From Gaiellaceae bacterium (GTDB lineage: Bacteria > Actinomycetota > Thermoleophilia > Gaiellales > Gaiellaceae), in the NCBI GenBank assembly GCA_036506175.1, contig DASXSE010000135.1, positions 1 to 45,609 of the forward strand: 45,609 bases of DNA, in the 5' to 3' direction. Positions 8,165 through 15,811 of this stretch are shown here, one piece after another; the first letter of the stretch is position 1; each line of letters opens with the position of its first letter. The notes under the pieces are model-generated. The model was not told where the DNA came from. It was given only the letters and a program-made list of their open reading frames with translations, and made no database searches. A program made the translations under genes and the position numbers.

Positions 8165-9649
8165 TCAGACCGGAAGTCTAGTGCTACGAGCGCTGTCGGC
8201 TGCTTCGAGATCCACGAGCTGGGCTTCGATCCACGCGCGGATGTCGTGCTCGCGGATGTGCCGGCGAATGGCGTCGAGACGCGCGCGCCGTTCGCCCTCC
8301 GGAAGCTCGAGCGCCTCGTGCAGCGCCTCGGCCTGTCCCGCAACGTCGAAGGGATTCACGGAGACCGCCCACTCGCCGAGCTCCTCGTGAGCACCTGTGT
8401 TTTCAGACAAGACAACTACTCCGGCGCGCTCGTTCACGAGCGGTGCCTCCTTCGCGACCAGGTTCATGCCGTCGAAGATTGCGTTGACCAGGAGGACGTC
8501 GAACTGCTTGTAGGCCGCGACGGCCTGCGGGAAGTTGTCCTCGATCCGGAGGTCGACCGGCAGCCAATCCTCACTTCGGAAGCGATCGTTCACGATTCGA
8601 GCTCCGCGCTGGATGGCACCGAGGTACTCCGAGTACTCCGGGATGTCCTGTCGCGAAGGATCGAGGAGGACGAGCATCCCCACCCGCCCGTGCATCTCCG
8701 GATGGGCCTCGAGATAGAGCTCGAATGCCCGAAAGCCACGGACGATGTTCTTGGACGGATCAGTGCGATCGACCCGCACGATGAGGCGCTCCGGCCGGGA
8801 GCTCTCGATCTGCGCCTCCTCCTCGAGCACGGGCTCGCTCGAGGCCAGCGATTCGAACTCGTCGGGGTCAACCGAGATCGGCCGCACGTGCACCGTCGTC
8901 GTCCGGTCGTTGAACCGCGCCTCGCCCGCACTGAAGTCGACCTCGGCGCCGACGATGTCCCAGCAGCAGCGGAGGAAGTTCCGCGCCCACCGCTCAGTGT
9001 GAAAGCCGACCACGTCGTTCGCCAGCATCCCTTCGTGGAGAGCGCGGCGGATCGCGTCGGGAAGGACACGCCAGTAGTCCGGCTGCGGCCACGGAATGTG
9101 GACGAACTGGGCGAGCGTGGCGTCCGGGGCACGCTCGCGCACGAAGCCCGGCGCGACGTAGAGGTGGTAGTCGTGGAAGAAGACAGCCGCGTCAGGCTGT
9201 TGCTCGAGCTCGGCCAGAACAACGTCCGCGAACGTCCGGTTCACGGCCACGTAGCCCTCTAACCAGGCGTTGTGGAGGCCCTGGTCGACGTCCGGTGCTT
9301 CCGCGAGCCCCCACAGGTAGTGCTGGATGAACCAGAGCGTCGGATTGGCGACGACGTTGTAATAGAGGTCGTACGCCTGGGGGTCGTGAGCGACCAGGCG
9401 GAGCCGATAAGGAGAGCCGTCCTGGGCGGTCTGGGCGATTGCTTCGCCTCCTGCCTCCTCGACCACTGCAACGTCCTCGGCGCCCATCGCGGACGCGATC
9501 CACGTGACGTCCTGGTAGCGAACGAGGCTCCTGAGCGCCGTGACGAGCCCGCCGCCGCCGCGGTCTGCGACCCGCTCCGAGCCCTCATCGCGTGAAAACG
9601 TCACGGGCCCGCGGTTGGACACGACGATCAGCTTCCGCCTGGAAGGCAT
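8165..9649 (-). CDS. otsA: alpha,alpha-trehalose-phosphate synthase (GT20)
   Basis: Start ATG 9649 (MPSRRKLIVVSNRGPVTF). GT20 hallmarks along the length (FFHDYHLY, DGMNLVAKE). The stop is 1 nt before the moaC ATG. Confidence 0.85.
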   Translation of the reverse strand: MPSRRKLIVVSNRGPVTFSRDEGSERVADRGGGGLVTALRSLVRYQDVTWIASAMGAEDVAVVEEAGGEAIAQTAQDGSPYRLRLVAHDPQAYDLYYNVVANPTLWFIQHYLWGLAEAPDVDQGLHNAWLEGYVAVNRTFADVVLAELEQQPDAAVFFHDYHLYVAPGFVRERAPDATLAQFVHIPWPQPDYWRVLPDAIRRALHEGMLANDVVGFHTERWARNFLRCCWDIVGAEVDFSAGEARFNDRTTTVHVRPISVDPDEFESLASSEPVLEEEAQIESSRPERLIVRVDRTDPSKNIVRGFRAFELYLEAHPEMHGRVGMLVLLDPSRQDIPEYSEYLGAIQRGARIVNDRFRSEDWLPVDLRIEDNFPQAVAAYKQFDVLLVNAIFDGMNLVAKEAPLVNERAGVVVLSENTGAHEELGEWAVSVNPFDVAGQAEALHEALELPEGERRARLDAIRRHIREHDIRAWIEAQLVDLEAADSARSTRLPV

Positions 9650-9678
9650 CCGCTGAGGGTACCCCGCCGAGTGTGGCG

Positions 9679-10965
9679 TTAGCCTTGCGCGGCCCCGGCG
9701 ACGACCAGATCGTCGCCGGCGACGTCGTTGCCCGTAAGCCGGTTGAAAAGGGCAAGCCAGTCGCGCAGAAGGCGCGGCGAAAGGAAGTGGCGGCGGACGT
9801 ACTCCTTGCCCTTGAGCGCCATTGCCCGCGCCTGCTCGGGCTGATCCATGATTTTGTTCAACGCCTCCGCGCACTCGACAATCGATTCGACGAGATAGCC
9901 GGTCTCGTCATCCTGGATCTGGTCGACGATGCCGCCGACCCGGCCGGCCACCATCGGACGCGCCTTCCACAGCCCCTCGGTCACCGTCAGCCCGAAGCCT
10001 TCCCGGATCGACTTCTGGATGAGCGCGGCGGAGTGCACCTGGAACGCGTTCACCTCGACCGAGCCGACGTTGTTCAGGTTCGAGAGGATGAAGATGTCCG
10101 GATCGCCGCCTGCGGCCGCGACGGTCTGGTTGTAGTAGTCCCAGCCTTCGGGGTCGTCGTGCGCCATCGAGCCGACGAGCGCGAGCTGGGTACTCGGATG
10201 TTTCGTCCGCAGCAGCCGCCAGGCTTCAATGACCCCGACGGGATCCTTCCAGGGATCGAAGCGGGAAATCTGGGAGACAAGCGGCCGATCGACGTCGATC
10301 CCGAACTGGTCGACGATGTACGCCGCATCCTCCGGAGAGAGGGCCATGTTCTTCGGCGTCAGCGGGTCGATCGCGGGCGGCCAGATGTACGCCGGCGGCA
10401 GCCCATCCGAGGCGGGGACGTAGGCCTGCCGGTGGAACACGGTGGCGTCGTATGAGCGGAGCCACGGGAGAAGGAAGTCGAGGACGTCGGTGTTCGGCGT
10501 CGAGAGATCGATGTGGCAACGCCAGATCCAGCGCCGCCCGATGTCCTTGGCATGCTCGATGACGGCCGCCGGCTGTGGGTCGTGGATGATCACGAAGTCG
10601 AACTCGCCCTCGAGCGCGTCGGCGTTCTCGCGGTTGTAGCGGCGGAAGATCTCCTTCTCGTCCTCCGTCAGGCTGCGCGGGCCGCCCTGCAACGCGTTAT
10701 GGATCGCCTTCGTGACGTCGAAGAACTCGTCCTGCCCGTAGATCACCCGCCACTCCGTCTCGAGACCCGCATCGCGCATGAGGGGGACCAGCGTGTAGAG
10801 GATCTCTGCGACTCCGCCGCCGAACGCTGTTGCGGACAGGTGCAAGACGCGCTTCCCTGCGAGCGGCTCTGCGAGGGCGCGCAGCTGGTCCATCAGCCCA
10901 CGGTTGGCGATGGTGACGTAGTCGGCCAGCGACTTCGAGCCGACGTTGACGCTCAGAAGCTGCAC
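9679..10965 (-). CDS. treT: trehalose synthase TreT-like glycosyltransferase (GT4)
   Basis: 428 aa, GTG start. N-terminal HLSATAFGGGVAEIL and C-terminal GT4 core (EGFGLTVTEGLWKARPMVAGRVGGI) resemble trehalose glycosyltransferring synthases. Sits next to otsA. Confidence 0.6.
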   Translation of the reverse strand: MQLLSVNVGSKSLADYVTIANRGLMDQLRALAEPLAGKRVLHLSATAFGGGVAEILYTLVPLMRDAGLETEWRVIYGQDEFFDVTKAIHNALQGGPRSLTEDEKEIFRRYNRENADALEGEFDFVIIHDPQPAAVIEHAKDIGRRWIWRCHIDLSTPNTDVLDFLLPWLRSYDATVFHRQAYVPASDGLPPAYIWPPAIDPLTPKNMALSPEDAAYIVDQFGIDVDRPLVSQISRFDPWKDPVGVIEAWRLLRTKHPSTQLALVGSMAHDDPEGWDYYNQTVAAAGGDPDIFILSNLNNVGSVEVNAFQVHSAALIQKSIREGFGLTVTEGLWKARPMVAGRVGGIVDQIQDDETGYLVESIVECAEALNKIMDQPEQARAMALKGKEYVRRHFLSPRLLRDWLALFNRLTGNDVAGDDLVVAGAAQG

Positions 10966-10996
10966 GGCGGCGGAGGATACAGACGCGGAACGCCGT

Positions 10997-11446
10997 TTAC
11001 GGGATGTACTTCGTGAACCTCAGGCGAGAACCGCCGCCGTCGCGCGCGCCGATCTCGAGCTCGTCGGTGATCGCCCGGATGATCGCAATTCCGAGGCCCC
11101 CTTCGTCCAGCTCCTCCTGAGCTCGCTGGATCACTTCCGGGTCGAATCCGGCGCCGTCGTCGTTCACCTCGACGGCGATCTGGTCGCCTGTCAGCTCGTA
11201 GTGAACCTCGACGATCCCTTCGCGTCCCTCCTCGTATGCGTGACGCACCGAGTTGGAACAGGCTTCCGTGAGCGCGAGCTTGAGGTCGGCGACGAGCTCG
11301 GGCGTGAGCGCGCGTGTACGCGCAAGGCCTGTGAGCGCCAGACGGCAAAGCGCGACGAATTCCGCCCGGGCGGGAATCGTGAGCGCGACCCGCGCTCCGC
11401 GCGCGGTCAAGGACGTACCACTTCGCTCCATGGAGATCGACGCCAT
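10997..11446 (-). CDS. RsbW/SpoIIAB-like anti-sigma factor serine kinase (HATPase_c_2)
   Basis: 149 aa with N-box EACSNSVRHAY, G1 DDGAGFD and G2 GGLGIAII. No STAS antagonist or sigma factor gene nearby. Confidence 0.65.
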   Translation of the reverse strand: MASISMERSGTSLTARGARVALTIPARAEFVALCRLALTGLARTRALTPELVADLKLALTEACSNSVRHAYEEGREGIVEVHYELTGDQIAVEVNDDGAGFDPEVIQRAQEELDEGGLGIAIIRAITDELEIGARDGGGSRLRFTKYIP

Positions 11447-11529
11447 GACGTGAGATTCCCGCTGAAAAGCCCTCCTAAACCTAGTCGAACCTCAACGATT
11501 CTGCGATCGTCGAGCTCCACTCCGAGTGC

Positions 11530-12378
11530 TTACCCGCTGGCAACCCCCGCCCAAACGGACTTGAGGCGGCGCCGAGCGACCGCGACCGCTTCGAGGTTCG
11601 AATCAATGAGAACGAAGCGCCGGCCGAGCGCGGAGGCGACCGCGCCCAACGTCCCCGAGCCCGCGAAGCAATCGAGGCACCAATCCCCGGGGCGGGTCGA
11701 CGCCTGCACCATGCGGCGCACGATGGCTTCCGGCTTCTGCGTCGGGTAGCCCGTCTTCTCCTTTCCGGTCGGCGACACGATCGTGTGCCACCACACGTCG
11801 GTGGGAAGCTTCCCCCGCGCCGCCTTCTCGGCTGTGACGAGCCCTGGAGCCATGTACGGCTCCCGCTCGACAGCCTCCGAGTCGAACCAGTAGCGGTTCG
11901 GATCCTTCACGTACACGAGGATCGTGTCGTGCTTCGCGGGCCAACGGCGGCGCGGCTTGCCGCCGTAGTCGTAGGCCCAAACGATTTCGTTCAGAAAGCA
12001 CTCGCGGCCGAAGAGCTCATCGAGCATGACCTTGACGTAATGCGCCTCTCTGTAATCGAGGTGCAGATAAAGGGTTCCGCTTTCGGCGAGGACTCGGCGC
12101 ACTTCACGCAGGCGTGGCTCGAGAAGGCCGAGATAGTCCTCAAATGCGTCGCGGTAGGAAGACTCGGCCAGGACTCGCGAGGCATAACGGCGGCCCTGGA
12201 AGCCCTTTCGGTCCCCGTTCGGGTCCCGCACCGTGGCCAGGGTGCGGCGCCGCTGCTCCTTCCCGGTATTGAACGGTGGATCGAGATAGGCCAGCTGGAA
12301 GGTCTCGTCGGCGAACTGCGGGAGCAGCTCCAGGTTGTCCCCGAGGAGGATCAGATCCTCGGTCGGCCTCGACTTCAC
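11530..12378 (-). CDS. beta-class N6/N4 DNA methyltransferase (N6_N4_Mtase), probably m6A
   Basis: 282 aa, GTG start. Motif IV LDPPFNTG lies N-terminal to motif I CFAGSGTLG, the beta-class permutation. No restriction endonuclease ORF is adjacent. Confidence 0.8.
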   Translation of the reverse strand: MKSRPTEDLILLGDNLELLPQFADETFQLAYLDPPFNTGKEQRRRTLATVRDPNGDRKGFQGRRYASRVLAESSYRDAFEDYLGLLEPRLREVRRVLAESGTLYLHLDYREAHYVKVMLDELFGRECFLNEIVWAYDYGGKPRRRWPAKHDTILVYVKDPNRYWFDSEAVEREPYMAPGLVTAEKAARGKLPTDVWWHTIVSPTGKEKTGYPTQKPEAIVRRMVQASTRPGDWCLDCFAGSGTLGAVASALGRRFVLIDSNLEAVAVARRRLKSVWAGVASG

Positions 12379-12396
12379 GAAGCCAATGTAGAAGCG

Positions 12397-13641
12397 CTAT
12401 CGGCCGCTGCCGGGCGGGTTGCTGGGCCGATCGCCCAGGACCGCCGCGATGACCAGCCGCTGCTTGCCGCGCAGGATCGTCAGATGTGTCGTCTGGCCGG
12501 GGAGAAGGCGCTCGGTGATCGCGCGCACGACGTCCTCCGCACGCTCGACCCGCCGGCCGTCGATCGCGATGATGAGATCTCCGCCGGGCCGGAACGGAAT
12601 GCCGGTGAATTCTTGCTCGCTGCTCCCGCCGTGCAGTCCGGCCCTGGCCGCCGGGCTGCCTTCGACAACCGTTTGAACCGCAGCGCCGTGGTCGGCCGCG
12701 AAGCCGAAGTGCTGCGCCAGCTTCGGTGTCAGCGTCTGCGTCGAGACGCCGAGCCACGCGTAACGCACCTTCCCGCTCGTGATCAGCTGTTGCATCGAGC
12801 GCTTCGCCGAGTTGATGGGCACCGCGAACCCGACGCCCTCGGCGTTCCCGGACTCGCTTCGAATCTGGGCGTTGATCCCGATGACACGGCCGCGGGCATC
12901 GAACATCGGGCCGCCCGAATTGCCCCGGTTGATCGGCGCGTCCGTTTGGATTGCGTCGACGAGGTCGTAACTCGAGGTGAGCGACTCGATCGAGCGCTCG
13001 GTCGCGGCCACGACGCCTACGGAGAGGGAGTTGTTGTTCCCGAATGGACTGCCGATTGCGGCGACGGGCTGGCCGACCACGACTCGGCTCGAATCGCCCA
13101 GCGGAACCGGGCTCAGCTTGTGCTCCTTGGGATCGACCTTGACGAGCCCCACGTCGTCGTACACGTCCCACCCGACGATGTGAGCGGGAACTCGATCGCC
13201 GTCACGGAACTCGATGAAGACCGCGGACGCTGCATCCGGCTTCTGGGTGCCGGTGGTCTCACCGGCCGTCGTGATCACGTGTGAGTTCGTGAGGATGTAG
13301 CCCGAGCGCGTGACGACGAAGCCGGACCCCTGGGCTGCTTCGCCGCTCCCGTTCTGCGCGTGCGCGCCGAACAGCGCCACGATGGTGACGACACCGGCGG
13401 CCCGCTCGCGGTAGATCTTCGCCGGGTCGAAGTCGTTCCCGGGCAGGGGCTTGGCGGTGTCGTTCGCATCGACGCGGTTGACCGCCGGTGCGGGCGCGGC
13501 CTGGGTAAGCAGGATCGTGCTGGTTTCCGCCTCGCCGAACCAGCCTGTGGCCTTGGCGATCGCGAGCGCCGTGGTGCCGCCCAGAAGGGCGCAGACGACT
13601 GCAATGACGGCTAGAGCTCCCGGGCGCACGCTTCCTCGCAT
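12397..13641 (-). CDS. HtrA/DegP-family serine protease with C-terminal PDZ domain
   Basis: N-terminal TM anchor, catalytic triad contexts TNSHV / DVGLVKV / GNSGGPMFD, and a PDZ-like tail (GSPAARAGL...GDLIIAIDG). Confidence 0.9.
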   Translation of the reverse strand: MRGSVRPGALAVIAVVCALLGGTTALAIAKATGWFGEAETSTILLTQAAPAPAVNRVDANDTAKPLPGNDFDPAKIYRERAAGVVTIVALFGAHAQNGSGEAAQGSGFVVTRSGYILTNSHVITTAGETTGTQKPDAASAVFIEFRDGDRVPAHIVGWDVYDDVGLVKVDPKEHKLSPVPLGDSSRVVVGQPVAAIGSPFGNNNSLSVGVVAATERSIESLTSSYDLVDAIQTDAPINRGNSGGPMFDARGRVIGINAQIRSESGNAEGVGFAVPINSAKRSMQQLITSGKVRYAWLGVSTQTLTPKLAQHFGFAADHGAAVQTVVEGSPAARAGLHGGSSEQEFTGIPFRPGGDLIIAIDGRRVERAEDVVRAITERLLPGQTTHLTILRGKQRLVIAAVLGDRPSNPPGSGR

Positions 13642-13653
13642 GGTAGTGATCGG

Positions 13654-15090
13654 CTAGCTGGAGACTGCCGCGGGAGCCTTTTCGCGTGAAAACGGCGTGT
13701 CGGAAAGAGGCAAGCGGAGCGTAAACACGGTCGCTCCGGGCTGCGAATCGAGGTGGATCGCCCCTCCCATGCGGGCTGCGAGCTCAGACGCAATCGCCAA
13801 TCCCAAACCGCTCCCGGAGGCCTTACCGCCGTCCGCACGGTAGAAACGGTCGAAAACACGCTCCTGGTCGCCCGCGGGCACCCCCGGCCCGTCATCGCGA
13901 ACCAAGAACACGGCATGGCCGTCCTTTCGGCCCGCGGCGACGAGCACATTCGTGCCCGGCGGGGTATGCCGGATGGCGTTCTCGAGCAGGATGCGCCCGA
14001 TCTGGAGGACGCGCTGCTCGTCCGCCCGTGCAACCGCGTCGTCATCGGCTTCGGCCGACAACACGTGTCCCGAGGCCTCCGCGAGCGCTCGAAACTCTTC
14101 CGTGACTGTGCGGGCAGTCGCAGCGATGTCGACGTCCATGCGCGAAACGGCCAGCTGACCTGCGTCCAGGCGAGAGAGATCGAGCAGGTCGGTCGCGAGC
14201 TTTGTCAGGCGCTTCACCTGCGCGGACATCTCCCCCACGAACTCGGCCCGCTCACGCTCGTCCAGCTCCTCGTTCGCCATCAACTCGAGGAAACCGCCCA
14301 GGGAGAAGAGCGGCGTGCGCAGCTCGTGCGAAGCATTGGCAATGAACTCCCTCCGCGCGTGGTCGAGCTGCGCGAGCCGCAGGCGCATCTTGTCGAAAGC
14401 GCGCGCCAGCTCCCCAACCTCGTCCTCTACCGGATCGACAACCGGGTGCTCGAAATCACCAGCCGCAATGCGCCCCGAAGCCTCTTCCAGCCTGCGAATC
14501 CGCGCGGAGAAGCGCCACGCGGCGAAGACTCCGACGAGCAAAGACACGATCAGCGCGGCCAGGCCGGCGACGACGAGCGTCCGTCGGACGAGCGAGACGT
14601 TCGCAAGCGCATCCTTCAAGGGCGCCGAAAGCAGCACAACGGTGTCCGGGCTCGCCTCCGCGCTGATCGGAAACGCCACTTCTGCCCGTTCCTCCCCGTC
14701 GCGCGTCACGCGCCCGCTCGCGGATCGTCGCGAATCCATCGCGGCCCGTGCGACGGGATCGGCCCGAACGTTCCCGGTGTTCAGCGGGTTGGAGTCGGCG
14801 ATGTCGCGGAGGGTGTCGCCGTGGAGCCGCTGGAGGACGATTACGCGCGCGCCAAGGCTCGACTGGAAGAACCCGGCGAGGCTGTCGTAATCCGTGGCTG
14901 GATTGGCGCGCTCGAACTGCGTCGCCACGGAGCGCTGGGCGCTCTCGAGCTCGTGGATCTTCGCGTCCACGAGCTGGGATTCGAGTCGGGGGACGACAGC
15001 GAGATAGACGATCCCGAGCGCTCCGGCAACGATCACGAAGAGCGCGAGCGCGAATTTGAGCGGGAGCCGCGGGTGCAAAAGCCGGTTCAC
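13654..15090 (-). CDS. two-component sensor histidine kinase (HAMP-HisKA-HATPase)
   Basis: Two TM helices, H-box ASHELRTPL, N/G boxes (NAIRHT, DDGPGV, GSGLGLAI). GTGA overlap with the response regulator stop. Confidence 0.9.
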   Translation of the reverse strand: MNRLLHPRLPLKFALALFVIVAGALGIVYLAVVPRLESQLVDAKIHELESAQRSVATQFERANPATDYDSLAGFFQSSLGARVIVLQRLHGDTLRDIADSNPLNTGNVRADPVARAAMDSRRSASGRVTRDGEERAEVAFPISAEASPDTVVLLSAPLKDALANVSLVRRTLVVAGLAALIVSLLVGVFAAWRFSARIRRLEEASGRIAAGDFEHPVVDPVEDEVGELARAFDKMRLRLAQLDHARREFIANASHELRTPLFSLGGFLELMANEELDERERAEFVGEMSAQVKRLTKLATDLLDLSRLDAGQLAVSRMDVDIAATARTVTEEFRALAEASGHVLSAEADDDAVARADEQRVLQIGRILLENAIRHTPPGTNVLVAAGRKDGHAVFLVRDDGPGVPAGDQERVFDRFYRADGGKASGSGLGLAIASELAARMGGAIHLDSQPGATVFTLRLPLSDTPFSREKAPAAVSS

Positions 15091-15785
15091 GACGCGTCCC
15101 GGAACCGGTAACCGACACCGCGGACCGTGAAGAGGTATTCCGGCTCGCTTGGATCGCGCTCGATCTTCTCCCGTAGATGCCGCACATGGACGTCGATCGT
15201 GCGCAGGTCTCGGTACGCGGCCCCGCCGCGCAGAGTGCCGAGCAGCATCTCGCGCGTGAAGACGCGGCCGGGGTTCGCGGCGAGCGTGCGCAGAAGCTCG
15301 AACTCGAGGTATGTGAGCTGTACCGGCTCGCCACGCACCTCTACCGAGCGGCGCGGAACGTCGATGCGCAGCCCGTCCACTTCGAAGACGTCAGTGCGCG
15401 CCGACGCCGCCGGTAGCTGCGCGCGCCGCAAAACGGCGCGGACCCGGCTCCGGAACTCCCCGATCGAGAAGGGCTTCGTGATGTAGTCGTCAGCCCCGAG
15501 CTCGAGGCCGACTACCTTGTCCAGCTCGTCGTCGCGCGCCGTGAGCATGATGATCGGCACGGCGCTGCGCGAGCGCAGGCGGCGACACACCTCCAGCCCA
15601 TCCACCTTCGGCAGCATGATGTCGAGGATCACGAGATCCACGTCGTTTTCCTCGAAACGCGCCAGCGCCTCATCCCCGTCGCGCGCTTGCACCACGCGAA
15701 ACCCCTCGCGCTCCAGTGGGAACGCGAGCAGCTTCTGCACCGACTCCTCGTCGTCCACCAGCAGGATGGTTGTGTCCTGACCCAT
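15087..15785 (-). CDS. OmpR/PhoB-family response regulator
   Basis: Start ATG 15785 (MGQDTTILLVDDEES). Receiver Asp context LVILDIMLP and winged-helix output (LTYLEFELL, VRGVGYRF). Confidence 0.9.
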   Translation of the reverse strand: MGQDTTILLVDDEESVQKLLAFPLEREGFRVVQARDGDEALARFEENDVDLVILDIMLPKVDGLEVCRRLRSRSAVPIIMLTARDDELDKVVGLELGADDYITKPFSIGEFRSRVRAVLRRAQLPAASARTDVFEVDGLRIDVPRRSVEVRGEPVQLTYLEFELLRTLAANPGRVFTREMLLGTLRGGAAYRDLRTIDVHVRHLREKIERDPSEPEYLFTVRGVGYRFRDAS

Positions 15786-15811
15786 CGGAACAAAGGATAG
15801 GCTCCGGCCCG

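Noticed and set aside
11785-13284. 499-aa plus-strand ORF antisense to the DNA methyltransferase and HtrA genes
   Set aside because: Same reasoning: it crosses a gene boundary of two well-supported minus-strand CDSs and has no recognisable domains.
10997-13641. DNA methyltransferase plus neighbours as a restriction-modification or other defence system
   Set aside because: No endonuclease, helicase, specificity subunit or other defence-associated domain is adjacent. The neighbours are an HtrA protease and an RsbW-like kinase with ordinary housekeeping or stress signatures.
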